Shown: piece after piece, positions 1 to 14,623 of the stretch
Layout: every line of letters begins with the position of its first letter
Position numbering within the stretch: position 1 is the first letter of the stretch
Source: Seison nebaliae
Taxonomy: Eukaryota
Assembly: GCA_023231475.1 (NCBI GenBank)
Contig: JALJEE010000752.1
Location: 1-37,059, forward strand
Direction of reading: 5' to 3'
Length of the DNA: 37,059 bases
The notes under the pieces: generated by a model
Told to the model about the DNA's origin: nothing
Seen by the model: the letters and a program-made list of their open reading frames with translations, nothing else
Database searches by the model: none
Position numbers and translations under genes: made by a program

Positions 1-318
1 GTGAATTCCTCTTGGAAGATTTGAAATTAGAGTGAAATCCTCTCCGAAAAACTAAAAATAGAGTGAATTCCTCTCCGAAATCCTCAAATTTGGGTGAATT
101 CCTCTCCGAAAAACTACTTTTGGGTGAATTCCTCTCCGAAAAACTACTTTTGGGTGAATTCCTCTCCGAAAGCATCTTTTTGGGTGAATTCCGCTCCGAA
201 AAATATTTTACAAGGGGACCAGTCCAGTGAATTCCGCTCCGATATTTGAGTGAATTCCTCTCCGAAAATGAGAAACAGGGTGAATTCCCCCATAAGGTGA
301 ATACCGCTCCGGGATTCC
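1..318. repeat. Tandem array of ~11 copies of GTGAATTCCTCTCCGAAA, ~30-bp period in the core; probably subterminal repeats of a DNA transposon end truncated by the window edge
   Basis: Motif copies start near 1, 32, 63, 94, 124, 154, 184, 227, 249, 280 and 297; two adjacent units are identical 30-mers; the array degenerates and ends near GGGATTCC. Transposon origin is inference. Confidence 0.8.
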
Positions 319-1636
319 GCAATCCTTCCAACAGAGGAAAATATTTACGATAAGACGTTGAATTGTAACACTATAAAATTTTGAACTTTCTATAATGACT
401 TCTAAATTTATTTGGAAAAATATTTTTCCGTGCGTATTATGGAGTAACTAGACGAAAATGTCCTAATCAAATTGTAAAGTGTTAATCATCTACATTGTAA
501 ATTACCATTTGTTGTAATTCCTTTCATAAGTATAGAAAATGTAGATCTTATTATTCAATCAACCAAATTGTCAACAGCTTATGCCGATAAGCAGAGGAGC
601 ATTGTTAGATGAATTCGGTGCGTTGAATTAAATAGTTAGGAAATTAGTTTTATTGCTTCTCTAGATCGGTATAACAACTTTTTCTTGTTATAGGATTGAA
701 GATATTAAGTTTATTACTACAATAAATTTTCTACTCGCAACTCATTCAAATTATTAAAATTTTCTTTTCAATTTTCTATATAAAAACATTTCTTTCTCTC
801 CACTTCATCATTTGATATATGACACCTATGACTATTTTATCTGTTTAATCCTTCGTTGTCAACTTCGTTTGCCCAATCACTAGTTTTAATTGAATTAAGC
901 TAATGGAGAAATTTTTTAAATATTTTGATTTAAAAACGGTTTGATTTTTTAAATTTTAAAACGGTTATTAAAATTGAAAGAATTGTTAATTTTGTGGTTC
1001 TTAGATAGTTAGAAAATAAAAAGAAATTATATTAAAAATTAATACTTGTTAAGAGACCAGAGGTAAAAAATGAAAGACAAATGTACAATCAAGGATAAAG
1101 TAAGATATTCTGTGCATTACGCTGTAAACGTAAGCGCAAGCTACGCAGATGTATGTCCTGCACAGCCGACTTGATTAACGTTATTTGAACGTTCAATAAA
1201 TAAATTACTCATCGGTATAAAATCTATAGGAACAGTCGAGGGGAACTATAGAAGAATTATATGGGAGTTTTCGAACAAATCTTCCTATCACTCAGTGGAG
1301 AATTATTCTAAACAATAATTCTGTTTGTGAAATGTCTTAGAAAGAAATTAGCATCAATTCTCTACAATAAAATAATCGAGGACATATTATTGAATGTCTG
1401 ACAGACATTGTGTGTTATGGATGTTCATACAGATGGAAATGAAGAAGAATGAAGACGGTGGGAAGTGAGTTGAAGAATAAATAATTGAATTGTAAATCAA
1501 ATGAATATGACATGTATAATGATAGTGTTAGAGGCTGGATATTAAATGTTATAAATAATAGAAACTGAATTATATGGAATTGGAAGTAAATAAAATAAAC
1601 ATTTTTCCAATTTCATGATCATTGAGGTAATGCTTT

Positions 1637-3935
1637 TCAAGAGAAGTCTAATTGACGACAACACCGTTTCTTCTTCAAATTCTTTTGAGACGAATTTAAT
1701 TGCGTATTCAAATTCTCCTTGAAATTATTCGCGCTCAAATCGCTTGGTAAACCTTTTCGTCTTACATCCACGCTCTTACTTCTACTTGAATGTTCTTCTG
1801 AATTCGATTGCTTCTTCAAAATGTTCAAGCTTGTCTCCTCGTTCAAAGGGAACGGAATGTTTTCCATTTCGTAGATAGCTTCGGGAATTTTCATAGCTTT
1901 AATTTCTGCTCTCGGACTCTCCAGTACATCAGTGGCACTCCAGACCATGTTCGTCTTATTTGAACGGGTGGTAGGTGAAACGTCTAACTTCAATGGTAAT
2001 CTCACTACCACAGCCAATGAGTAATTGGTGAAAAAGAGTGAGGAGATGGTTCGATTCTTCAATTGATTAACTTCGATTTCGTTACGATGTAATCCCAACT
2101 AGAATGAATAATTGAATAAAAGAAATGATGAAGTAAATCGTATGGAGAATTTGATGAACCTTGTAAGTTTGCTCATCCAAATAATAGAGTTTTAATGATT
2201 CACTCATTATTCCCAAATAGCCTTTGTTCATCAAATACAAGTTACACATTGGAAGTAATTCATTCGCACGAAATTCGAAAATTGTCCACAAATTATTAAT
2301 TTGACATGGACGTGTAATCTCTAAGAAATTATCGAGATCCTTCACATCCGGCACGTTAGAGAAGTCGTCAATGAAACCGATGCGAATGCTAAACGTGACC
2401 ATTTCACTCTTATCGAACCGAATATCAACCAGATCGGGAACATTACCAAATATGGACGTCAGATCGTAATACCTGGGAAATGAGACAACTATTAAAAGTT
2501 TTAGAGGAGAAAAAATAATGAAACAAATTTGGTTTTTCTTCAACATATTTATATTTGCGGACGAATGCTCGTTGATTATCAATTATAGATCCTTCATCAT
2601 ATAATGTCCCATTAATATTCAATGGCAAGTTTGGCTTATATAATCTTGGAATGGCTTCAATCCAATATTCTTCCGGTTCCATATTCTATCAATCAACTCA
2701 AGTTGGAGAGAAAGAATTTTAAATTAAACCTTAAATATGGGTAATTTTAACATAAAGAATCGTTGACAAAATGGAAATAATAGTCGAATATTATCCAATT
2801 CGTTGAAGTCATAAATTGGAGTGTTTGATAAGGAAAGACTTTCCACATTCTCAAAAATTTTCCTGCCCTCTTCATATTCCTGTCCACACAATCCATATGA
2901 ACCGACGTTTACATTAGCTATAGTTGTTTGAATAGAAAATTATTAAAGGGAAAGTAAAAAGAATCATCTCACCAATACACAATTGTCGAAGATTGGGGAA
3001 AGCTTTGCCTAATCGAAGAACATCTTCCACACGTTCAATCGGATTATCAGTAAAGTAGAGACACTGGATATTGTTGTGGACGAATTCATTGTCGAATGTA
3101 ACTTGACGATAACCATTTAAGGAAAGATGTAAATCTATCAAGCTGTTATTGAAACAAATTGAGAAAATGAGATTAGATTGATAATCTTTAGCAATTAGAT
3201 GAATTCAAATTTACTTGTTAGAAAACTCAGAATGTGTTTGTTAGATATGAAAATTAGTTTAAGAATTATTAACCTTGGTAGATGTGAGACGACTAATTCG
3301 ATAGTACTTAACGGAACGAAACAGGAATTGAGAACCAATTCTCTCAATCTGATATTGGCATTGAAGGACGGTATGTGTAATGGAGATAATAATAATTCAT
3401 CTTCTAAAACATCCTCTACCTTCTTCAATCGGTATGAATCATTTCCTTTCATCACATGATCCAACTGTCGAGATCTGGTGCGAGGTGACGATTCATTCGA
3501 CGACGGCGATGAGGAGGAGGAAGATGTCGTTTTTGGACTGGAATTGGAATCAAGAAACGATCTCTCAATTTTCTCTTCACATCCACACACCATTTTTGGG
3601 AGACGATTCGCACTTAAATTTAATGAAAGTAAATTGGGGAGACAGTTCAATAGTTTGTAGACATCTTCCCATCGACAAATGTCGTTACAAGCCAAATCGA
3701 GTTGAACGCAATTCTTACAAATCTTCTTCAATTGCTCACTATCACCTACACAATTGATACTCTTATTAATGAGAACGATAAGTTTGGGTAGATGAGGCAT
3801 TGGCAAATACATGATTGATACGAAAGGATTCTCTTGTAACTCATCATCAGTCATCACATACTTCTCCGTTATCATATCAATTATTGATATCTGTTTATTC
3901 TCCTCCGTTTTACTTCTTTCTACTTCCTCATTCAT
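1637..3935 (-). CDS. TBCEL: Tubulin-specific chaperone cofactor E-like protein (LRR + C-terminal ubiquitin-like domain), ~651 aa
   Basis: Exons complement(3274-3935, 2973-3142, 2730-2917, 2525-2685, 2160-2472, 1637-2098); all introns GT-AG (131, 55, 44, 52, 61 nt) and phases are consistent. LRRs such as QLDLACNDI, LLSLNLSANRL, LRELVLNSC, LIDLHLSLNGY. The segment QRAFVRKY...YYDLTSIFGNVPDLVDIRF resembles the TBCEL segment preceding the Ubl domain. No CAP-Gly domain, which separates it from TBCE. Confidence 0.85.
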
Positions 3936-4407
3936 TTCTTCGACGATTCTCGTTTATTATTCAATTGTTCTTAGCGATTTCGAGGAAATTATTGTCATCT
4001 ATCAGCTGTGAAAGTAGTCTAGCGGAAAATTGAAAGTGGAATTATAAAGGAGAAAAATGGAGAAATATTTCTTTGCCAAAACTGTTTTCATGAGCCACCC
4101 TAAAGATTGTGTTAGACACTGAACATGTCTCAACGGAAATTTGAAAGAGAAAAACGAATTCGTCATCGTCGACGCACTAAATAAAATTATAAAACTCGAG
4201 ATGACAATGCAATCGGAGAGGTCATATATACGAATAGGATGTTTATTTGTGAGTGGTTCGAATGGTGAAGAGAGTGAATGTATGAGTCACATTTATATAG
4301 AAAATGGACGACATATATGAAGAATTGGAAATTTAACATTTTCTTCTTCTCAACTGACTATATAGTTGCACATTTTTCATTTTTTGTATAGCAACGACTT
4401 GCGGTTG

Positions 4408-4421
4408 GTTGTCATGGTTAC
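4408..4421 (-). promoter_or_regulatory. RFX X-box (GTAACCATGACAAC on - strand) upstream of TBCEL
   Basis: Full match to the X-box consensus GTHNYYATRRNAAC, ~470 bp upstream of the TBCEL ATG; an extra half-site ATAGCAAC lies at 4388-4395. Confidence 0.55.
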
Positions 4422-4633
4422 CGTTGCTGTAACCAAATGAATTTCATTCTTTGCTTCTCAACCACAACCACAAGCTCTTTTGTTTGATCTAAAAATATTT
4501 TTATTTTTTCTATTCTTTTAATCAGTTGATATACATTTAACACTTCACTAATTTGTTATTGGATAGTTCTATTCTTCTGTTCATTTCAATAATACTCCGT
4601 CTTTTATTAAGTTTCTTTGAATCCTTCTTCAAA

Positions 4634-4668
4634 TCTCTTTCTCTCTCTCTATCCCTCTCTCTCTCTCT
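4634..4668. repeat. Imperfect (CT)n microsatellite
   Basis: tctctttctctctctctatccctctctctctctct seen directly. Confidence 0.8.
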
Positions 4669-6827
4669 GTTATTCACCGTTTTCCTAATCCTTTGCAATG
4701 GAAGTCGCATTTTCTCATAAATATGGTGTTGCATCTCCTTCACCAATCAAGATATCGAATGGAATGAAAGTGTCCACTGGTCTTCACATGAGTTTGTAGG
4801 CCGAACATCCTAAGAATTTGAATCAGGAGAGTAGTGTAAACAAGGAAGAAATTTTAATTAGACTGAAAAATGGTTGTTATCATCAGATTCTAGTGATATG
4901 ACAATGGCATTATCAGTTGTGAATCACAACTTGTGATGAACGTTTGCAATTAATATACCATGAATCGCATTACGTCGAAAGAAAAATGATTTGGTTCCGT
5001 TCGACTAATGAAGACTTCTAATGAAATTGCTTTAAATTGTATGCCTCATATTCGCCTTCAGAGATATGATATCGTAAAATTAATAAAACTTTTAATCATT
5101 CGTAGAAACGGAGGAAGGGAGAGGGGAAAGAGAGCGGGTAAGGGCGTGATGAGAAAGGAGAGAAACACGAAATAAATTAGATGAAATTCACTAATTTCCC
5201 ATAAAAAAAGAAGAAAGAGAATAAAAACAATTCTTTCAATAATTTACCGCCTGATACGACATTGAAAAATGTTTAATTTATTAAATGAACGACAGATGTC
5301 GAAATCATTCATTGATATGACATGGAAAGGCTTATTCTGTGCTAGTGACAACAATTATGTGTGTTTGTCGAATTTGAAATGAAATTTTGATGAATAGGTG
5401 GAATAGAATTTTAATAAGTTATAATCAAAATAATTGGAGATAATTAATAGAAGAATAATTAGAGAATACGAATAAATCAACAAGAAGACATCACAAGAGA
5501 ATGTACAAGAAATAATAATAATGAAGTGGGGAGGGAGAAGGTTGGAGAATGAAAGGCGAAGGAATGTTGACGAAGATAAAGGTGTGGAAGATGTGTGAGA
5601 GGAATTACCAACAGATGATACAACTCACATAAGATGATCACATAACATTGTCAATGATAATGATGATTTAATCATCTGATATTAAAAATTGTAGAGTAAC
5701 AGTTGATAAGTTACTACAAACTCATCGTAGTTATCACTATTCTCCGTCTTATTTACATAATACTATGTAATACCATATGAAAGCATGTCTTGTCTATATC
5801 CTCTATATAATGCATTGAATGTAAAATTGGAAGAATATTTATGAGATAAATAAATGTGAGACTGCAGATAAATAAATTAGACATATAAATCTCCAATTTT
5901 ATTCGAATGAACAAAGTTCGAGTAATTGTTAACAAGGTGAAACACTACTAATTTGATTTGTCTTCGACATCCATTGACACCTCCCTGCCTTCTCATTTAC
6001 CAACCAGTCCTCACTGATATGACTAATAAACATATGAAGATTAAGCAATAGCTCCTCATCTCCAAATGGAATATTTGAACTGGAAAATTTGTTGTAGTAA
6101 TCACATTGATTATTGTTGGACAGAAAGAAGTTAGAAAACAAAAAAAATACAACAATCGTCCAATAACGTTAAAAATGATTATTTTAACTATTCCGTAAAA
6201 TTATATCAAGAAATCATTAAAAGAGTAGTAATATATAATTAGTTTTAGATAATAGAATACATCAGTTCAATTAATAATTATTCTCATTTCCAGTTACTCA
6301 ATCAATTTCATTATAATGAAGTCATGTATGGGAACACTTGATGATGGTACGCTTAGCACGAAAAGTCCAATAAATGGTCGCGGGCGATAGTGATGGACCA
6401 TTACATAATGGCATCTGCTAATAATACAATTGCGGAATAACAGGACTTTCTAACATATTTACTGATTTACATCTAAACACTTTCACCGACTAGAACACAT
6501 TTTATCCCCTACCTTTCCTTTTGATTTCATAGCTCCATCTTCCCTTGTCCATCAAAACTTTGCCGTAATCTTACGGAATGACACTTCCCTTCCCTACAGG
6601 ATGAACTAATACACCCAATATACACAGCACCTCCTAATAAAAAGAGACGAACTTATTTTTGGTCGCTCTTAATATATATAATATATATTAATATAAATAC
6701 AAAATATATATGCTTCTCAAATACATTGATAATTTGGTAATTTATTTGATATATATATTTTATTTGATATATTTCCCCTCCAAACATCTCTTCCTTATTC
6801 CACTCCATATTAACCAAATATCGGATT

Positions 6828-7118
6828 GGTAGGACAGATTGTAACCCTATATAAAAATTTTGAACCGGACAATTCTCGGCCCAAAGTTAGGACAGTTCTC
6901 GTTCTATTTTTTGTCGGATTGAGAATCGTCTTAAAAGTTCTGTCCATCAAAAATATTTCACAACTGTCAAAAAATGAAAAATATAAATTAAGAAATGTTG
7001 TTTCGTTCCGGAGAGGTTGAGAACTGTCCAAAAATTAGAACAATAGGTTGAGAACTGTCCAAACAAATAAAAAACACAAGTTGAAAACTGTCCTAACATT
7101 ACAATTTGTCCGATTACC
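6828..7118. mobile_element. Non-autonomous DNA transposon (MITE-like) with imperfect TIRs
   Basis: Left end GGTAGGACAGATTGTAA (6828-6844) versus right end TTACAATTTGTCCGATTACC (7099-7118). GGACA(G/A)TT repeats dominate the left half and AACTGTCC repeats the right half. The direct repeat ACCAAATATCG occurs at 6813-6823 and 7116-7126. Confidence 0.65.
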
Positions 7119-10100
7119 AAATATCGAACAGCGCAATTTGTGCTCTTGTTTGTGAGCGTGTGATTACTGATATTAATGGAATTTATCCGAAGATAACTTC
7201 CCAAGTTCTTTTCAATGGCTTAAAAGCGTCTGCTTGCTAGTTACATCTTGAACCTTAATTTCCAAAGAACCATATTGTATGATACAAAGCAACATAGTAT
7301 GAAATATACGAGTCAATAACTAAATATATAGTCTGAAATATAAATATAACTAATCTGAAAAAAATAGTTATATTGTATATATAGGAATATTAAATTTTAC
7401 TTATACGTTGTTAGAATTTACAATTAATTTTCATTATCATTTTTCTCCAAGAATTATGATTATCGGTTAAAATAGAGACGATTTCCGCGCAGTCATGAAT
7501 TTATATCAGTAAATTGTTCCGTTAAACATTTCGGGAATAATCGATATGGAATGAAAAGAATAAATTACTAACGTAAGAATGATAGATAACAGTATAGAAG
7601 ATGTGGAATTGAATTGACATGTGAAATATTAATTACTTTATTTTTTCTTAATCCGTTAAATAAATTTTTAATTTACGTATTGTTTTCTTCTTTTAAATTT
7701 ATCTTTAAGTGATCGCAAATAATATAATATGATACATAAGTAATCATTAAATATAAAGAATTATAATCCAAATCAAATTAAGAACGAAGGATTTGCTAAT
7801 TTTATAAATATATATCGTACCATATGGTCCTTTTCCTGCAGTTCTTCCGTCCATGTCTTTTTGTCCCATAGTTTTTACCCATTTCCTGTTAAGATCGTCA
7901 ATTGCAACATTTGTTTTTTTCTGCCAGAAACCGTTCATGAAATTTCTCGTACATTTGTTACTTTTTTTATGCAATTTATCTTATCGTTCCCAAACGGAAT
8001 TTTGAGACATGTTCGATAAATATTGGTACCTATCATCCATCGGCATAAAAATAAACGTAATTGATCGATCTTAAATTTCTAATTAATTTTAAATAAATTC
8101 ATTTAATTTCGTTAAGTTCGAATCAAATGTTAAAGGAAATTTAAAATTGTTGTAGAATCTACCATTTGTAGACGATAGTCGAATGATAAAAATTAAAGGA
8201 TAAAATTCTCATACTTTTACTGGGGTCTAGGTATGATTTGGAATTAATTCCTTTCAAATTCAAATAAAAATGTTTCTTTGTTAGATAAATAAGGTAAACT
8301 TTTATGTCATAAATGCATAATGGATACCATAAATCTTATACACATATATATATTATAATATATGTATTATATAGATGATATTCAAAGTTAATTTTTTAAG
8401 AACTATAATGTGGATGTATATTTGACTGAATTCCGATATCATCTGTTAATTTAACATTTAAATTTATCAAAAAATAGATGGAAAAATATTTTCATTACAT
8501 TTTTTTTGCAGGAATGCGCTTTTTTTCTGAGACGTAAACGATTCCTAAGTGATATATTCGAACGATAAAATGAACTGATATAAAAGCTAATTTCTATTTG
8601 CTATTCTACTGATGAGAGTAGAATCTATTCATTTAGCAAATAATAGTTAATCGGGAAAAGAAACTTTACTCATTTCTCATAACATGCACTCACGTCAGAT
8701 TTGAAATGATTATTAAATGCTGTTTATATGATAAGGTGTTATCTCTCAATGTCACTTGTAGATGATGTGGAACTGATCATCAGTTTTCTTCGAAATCATT
8801 TTCGTTGAACTGTGATGATGGAACGAATCGTTCTCAAGGAGAAATTGGAGAAGGATGGTGGATGAAATAGTCAATGGAATCCAGTTGAATAATTTTTAAT
8901 GTTAGTTTCAAAATCATAACTTTATTCAAGTTTCTCTTCCGAAAATGAGAAAGATGAAATTGTTTGTTGAATTGCATATGTCATATTCGTCCATCACTTG
9001 GATGATAATTCGAAGAATTATGGAGATATATGTCACCTCATATGTCGCTATGGAGGAAATTTGTGAGATCATATATTCGTACGATTTTAGAAAGAGAAAT
9101 CCAACATGGAACAATCGATTCCATGTGAGCAAGCGTATTGAGCTCAATTCGGATATACTTATATGTGCAACAGATTGATGTTTATATTAGTCGAAGAAAA
9201 ATTCCTCACTCCGATACACATTCGATTCGTTCGGTCGCGCTAATAAGAATTATTCTTTCAGCTTTCGGCAGTCAGACGAATGGGAGCATCCGAATAAAAT
9301 TAATCGATCGTCTCAATAAAATGTGCATTATCGTACAGCTGGATAGTAGAAGGGTTGGGTGGATGTGGAAAGAGGAAGAAACAGCGAAGATAATGATAAA
9401 CCATCATCATTCCTTACGGATTAATATTGTCACCATATGAACAGTAAACAAATTTCGAATAAAAATGAAATTGATCAGAAAATAATATAAAACGATTTCT
9501 TCCTCCTCATTTTCCCATAATGTTTTCCCAATTCCATTTTCCCAAGAAAAAAACATTCAACAATTATTATTATGAAAGGCATATCTCATTAAAACTTCTA
9601 ATTATTATCATATGACAGTTCTTCATTCTCCTTATGGTATTCCTTCCCATGATTAATTCCTTTCTTTCCTATTCTATTCGATTAACTAATTTAGGTTGGC
9701 TGTTGGTTGGCAAAGGTTGTTTGACCTAGAAAATATGCAAACAACACTCTGTCCTCTCAACAACATTTCTTCATTTACACTCAACATACAGATGAAACAG
9801 ATGATTACTAAATAGAACATTTAACCTCATCCAAATTTCGTTCATCAAATTATTTGTTGCACAAAATATTTCTCATCTCTATTCAATTGATACACCGGAT
9901 ACTCTTGTAAATTCTTAATGAATAAAAGCTATTCCGTGTTGTCTCAATACTCTAAGGATCCATCGACTAGTGGATTTCACGATTCTCTCTTAATTCGATA
10001 CTGATAATTGTCAAAAGGAGAAGAGGATAAAGACAAAACGAAAGATGATTAAAAGTCGCGAGTATAATAAATATAATCGATTGACAAATTAATCTGTTTT

Positions 10101-13100
10101 TCAATCATCTCACTAGGACAATTGAATTATAAGGAACAATATATGAAAGTCATCAATTCAACGATATATAACACAATCAAATCGGTAAACGAATGACAGG
10201 AAATGAATAAACAATTATCAATTAAATTATACGATTCCCCATTATTCTAACCATAATGATTTATGAAGAGGTTACACATAATATAACAAGAAAGAAAACA
10301 TTGAAGAATTAGAGAAATTTCTTTTTCTTCATTCCAATTTCATTAAATACTTAAGAAAGAAATTTTCTCAATTCTCATAAAAAAAATGTTGTCTAGTTTT
10401 CCTTCTGTCCATGAAATGGATGATTTTTATCTAATACTTTTCATCTGTCGTTCTTTCTCATACGTCAGTAATGGTTAAGAAACATGTGATATTTTTATGA
10501 ATTTTAACAATGATTACCATAGGGAGAAAGTTAATAGAGATAGAATAAGTTAATTTAATAATATTTCCTTTCCCCTCATATCCTGTTCATCAGCATTTTC
10601 CATCAACTTATCTATCTATATGCAGTTTGATATCCACTGGGAATCCTTCTTTCTCCAATATCCCTTCACATTTCCTCTATCGTTTTTCAGAGCTCGACGA
10701 TTAAATTTCCATTTCTCTCCTCAATCATGTTGGATTGTATTTGAAACAAGTTCTCCGAAATTTTTTCTTTTTCCATTCATTGTAAAACGAAAATTTATAT
10801 AACTTTCACTTATCCACCACTCTAATATTACCTTTCTGCAGTATACATCCATATGTTACAACCGACGTATTAGACGAACGCTGTCTTGTTCCCATAAATG
10901 TAATTATTATCTTGTCTTCGCACATCTACTACAATTTCCTATTTTCGTTTTCCGACATATTCTTCTTCTGACTAACAAATTGACCGAATCTCATTTCTTT
11001 CCTTTCTACTTACAAATTTCTAGGTATTCTCTCTATTTTTGTTCTAAATTATTCTTACGGACTATCTAGGTATTTGTAGGTTAACCTCATTAATAACAGG
11101 TGTCTATAGGAGTTCATAGTGAAGCTTATGTGCTTAATCATAAGTAAGCTTAGAAGTTATGTGAGAGTTATAAATTCCGAGAGGTATGTGGGTTTCATAT
11201 CTCCTTCCTTTTTATCAAATGTCCCACATACCCCTTTGGATACATACCTCCTCGCCATTTTGGATGATTATGTATGAAATTCACTTAAAAGTAAAACAAA
11301 TTCAAACTGAAATGCTCAGAAATTTCTTTCTATTGATCCATTCTTTACTCTATCTGAAATTATTTCGGAATTTCTGAAATTCTCAATTTTTGGACGAATA
11401 TTTGGACGTCTATCGATATTACTTTGTATGTTCCTTAAACACTTAAGGATTATACTGCGACGGGTAGGAATCTTATTTGAAACAGTTCCTGTAAAGAGTT
11501 GTCTTTTTTTCTTCATAATTTAGCCTGCGGGGATATATAGAGAAAAATTTATTTTTACAATAAATTTAAGATTTCGGCTTGAAAGTATTATAACTGTAGA
11601 ACTTGAAAGTGGCTATCTAAGAATGCCATTTCAAGTAATTTAGTTTGGAAATAAAAATAGACACGCTAAAAAAATTGAATTTTTTGAAAAAAAAAACAAA
11701 AAATAATGCTTCCAATTCTTAAATTTTATAACGTACGTAATTTTCAGAAATTAAACCACGTAAAATTATCGATAATAAATTAAAATATTTTAATTCACAC
11801 TCAACAATTCCCAATTTGAGAAAACTTATCGATGATAAAATGATTCAACGAATATTCCTTTAAATTTTCCGCATAATCATTTTTTTGGAAAGACTTATAT
11901 GTGACCGGAAATATAAAACATGTTCACAACCCAATTATTTTTCCTTTTGAATAACTAGTATAATATTCCTTACCACTTTTTCCAATGGTGCATAAATCTG
12001 ATATTCGTTTTTCATCATCATTTCATAATGAGTTAGGTAAATTCCACTTATACAAAAACGAGAAAAGTTTATGATAATCAATTTTAAATGATCCAATGTC
12101 TAAAGAATATTGTGATCGCTCATAAGAAGAATACTCGATTACAACAACAAATGAATTGATTAACTACTTGAAATAGAAATAGCGATTAGCATTAAAATGG
12201 ATTATTAAATTATTCTGCAATAAGATCGCCTGAAGAACCATCACTTATAATGACAATATTGATGCATTATTATTTATTTATTTCTTAATATTTATTTAAC
12301 GGAACGTACAATGGTGAGAGTATAGAAATGAATGAGCTTTGCCAAAAAACTACTCACAGAGAAAAAATTAGAGGAAAATAACATTTCGACGGATATAAAC
12401 AGACTGATCATGGATCGTGATTGAAAAACTCTCGATTTTTGCGACAATGAATATTTAGAATATATATACTCTTTCAAGTCAGTATATCTCTATCAAGTAT
12501 ATCTCTTTCAAAAATGAACAAAAGAAAAGTCAGAAGAAGAAAGAAATCGTCAAACAAGAAAATTTGATCGAGGTATGAGTTATAGTCGGGTAACACCTGT
12601 AGTGTTCATAATCTACCACATTTTTTTTCTGTTTTAATTCGATCCATAATATATTTATGGAATCAAAATGAATTATCTAGTGAAGGAAAGAAAATTGTCT
12701 AGTGATTTATATTTCTTCCTAATTATTCATTCGTAATCCAATTCATCTTCAATGAAATTCCTTAGGATATCGATTTTGGCCAGTATTAATCATTTTTTCC
12801 ATTATCTTCTTATTATCTTATACACTTGGATTAATGTGCATCCTTCTCTCTCACATGCACATACCCACATTGGGGAGAAGGTATATGGATTGAACATGAG
12901 TTTATTTCTCTCACAAATAATCTTCAGATAATTGGAAGCTATCTTGTTTTCTCTTTCATTCTTCCTACTCGTTGTCTCTCATAATTAGTTGGTCGTGATT
13001 CATATCAATTTTCAAGTATTTTCCCAAGATTAATTTTCCAATGACTTCTCAAATGAAAATTTCTTATCTATAATTGTCAAATGTCTGCCTATTTTCCACA

Positions 13101-14609
13101 AACGACTAACGATCGTTAGTCTACTAACGATATCCTACTTCAATTACTCCTCACTTTTTTTTCTCTGACATTTTGAACGAATGAGGAGGAGAACCAAATG
13201 AAATCTTTAATTTTTTTTCAATTTTCCTTCCAATTTATGTTTTCGTCCTTCCCATAAAGGCCTTTGATATCATTTGGATTAATTCGATGTTCTCCTAAAT
13301 GAAACTTCGCTTTTTTGTACAACAAACATGACTCGAACAATAATATTTTCCTTTTATACTTCTCTCATTTCTTTCATAGTTCCCTTCCTCTGTTTTGTCC
13401 CAGAATACTCAGAATTTCCAGAATGTTCCACATTCTTTCCCTTAACATTCCGATCATTTGTCAATCGATCGATTATATGACTGAATTAAGAGAACGTCGA
13501 ACGAAGAATTAAATTAATTTTATTCTTTGTAAGAGTCTGCTATTTCATTATTCTTCCAACTTCGTCACTTCCTGTCCTAATTGTTTATGCTTCAACACTT
13601 TAAAAGACATCATCAGCTTATCCAGATGATTGATAACTTTTTTCTTGTTTACCAACAAAATTTTAGAAGATTTCATGTAGCTAAAGGACATCTGGAGAAT
13701 TTGATATTTCCGTTCATCCTCTCACATAATTCTTCATTATGGAAACACATCAAAATAACTGAACAATTATTTGGCGTTCCATTTCAATCAACTTTTTACA
13801 GAAATTTCAATTTATTCATTTTACTTTTAATTTCATTTTTCAAATTCATGATGATAATTTATATCCTTTCAATTCGACAATTTTGTCCAAAACGATTGTT
13901 CTAATCAAATTTTTTCAGAAACTTGAATAATGTTGAAAACCATCATGGTTTTTTTAAAGAGTTGAATTAGTTAATATTTTTCGAAAAATAAAGCAGATGA
14001 ATTTTAGTTACCGAACTTGTCTTACATTTTGTCGTTGTGTCCTTCAATGTAAATTTACGTATATTAGTTTGTATTAATTCCGCTCGAAAAAATAAAGGAA
14101 ACAGCGAAAAATGTGGAATAAAAAACGTGAAATAAGTACAAAATTGTTCGATTTATACAGAAATCTTTTTGTCAGATATATATTATGTTTCCTACATAAT
14201 AGAACATAATATTTAACTGCATTGTCCATTGAAGTGAATGTAAGTAAACGTGTCAAATTTCATAACTAACTGAGAGTAACCAGATTTGTTTCATAATCAA
14301 TGAAGGATATTCTCACCTGAACGTTTTTTGGCGATTGGTAATGTTTCATTGATATAAACAAATATTACTGTCAAGATTCATGAGAATTCTTATTATTCAA
14401 AAAAGAGTCTCTTCTAAAACGAGAATAAGAAAGAAATGTTATTTGGAGAAATCTTCTATTTTTCTCCTCTACACATTTTCTATTTGATCTTATAATTGGT
14501 GTAGTGAAACTTCAATCATGACATAAGAATTGTTAATTTACAAATTGACATTGATGGAATATTCGAAGAAAATTCAAGTTTAATTTAAATGCAATATACA
14601 CCTAATTTA

Positions 14610-14623
14610 GTTACCATGACAAC
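14610..14623 (+). promoter_or_regulatory. RFX X-box (GTTACCATGACAAC)
   Basis: Full match to GTHNYYATRRNAAC; target gene unclear (4.3 kb upstream of the flippase ATG). Confidence 0.5.

Noticed and set aside
1..318. CRISPR-like appearance (repeat plus short variable spacers)
   Set aside because: Spacers are only ~11-13 nt, similar to each other and partly identical; the context is eukaryotic with no cas genes. It is a tandem/subterminal repeat.
6320..6680. GC-richer segment ending in a hairpin (AAGAGACGA/TCGCTCTT) and an (AT)n run; possible retroelement or Helitron-type end
   Set aside because: No ORF or diagnostic terminus that I can support without a repeat library search.
7747..11516. Short minus-strand ORFs at 7747-7974 and 11316-11516 as genes or transposase remnants
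   Set aside because: No recognisable motifs and no joinable exons.
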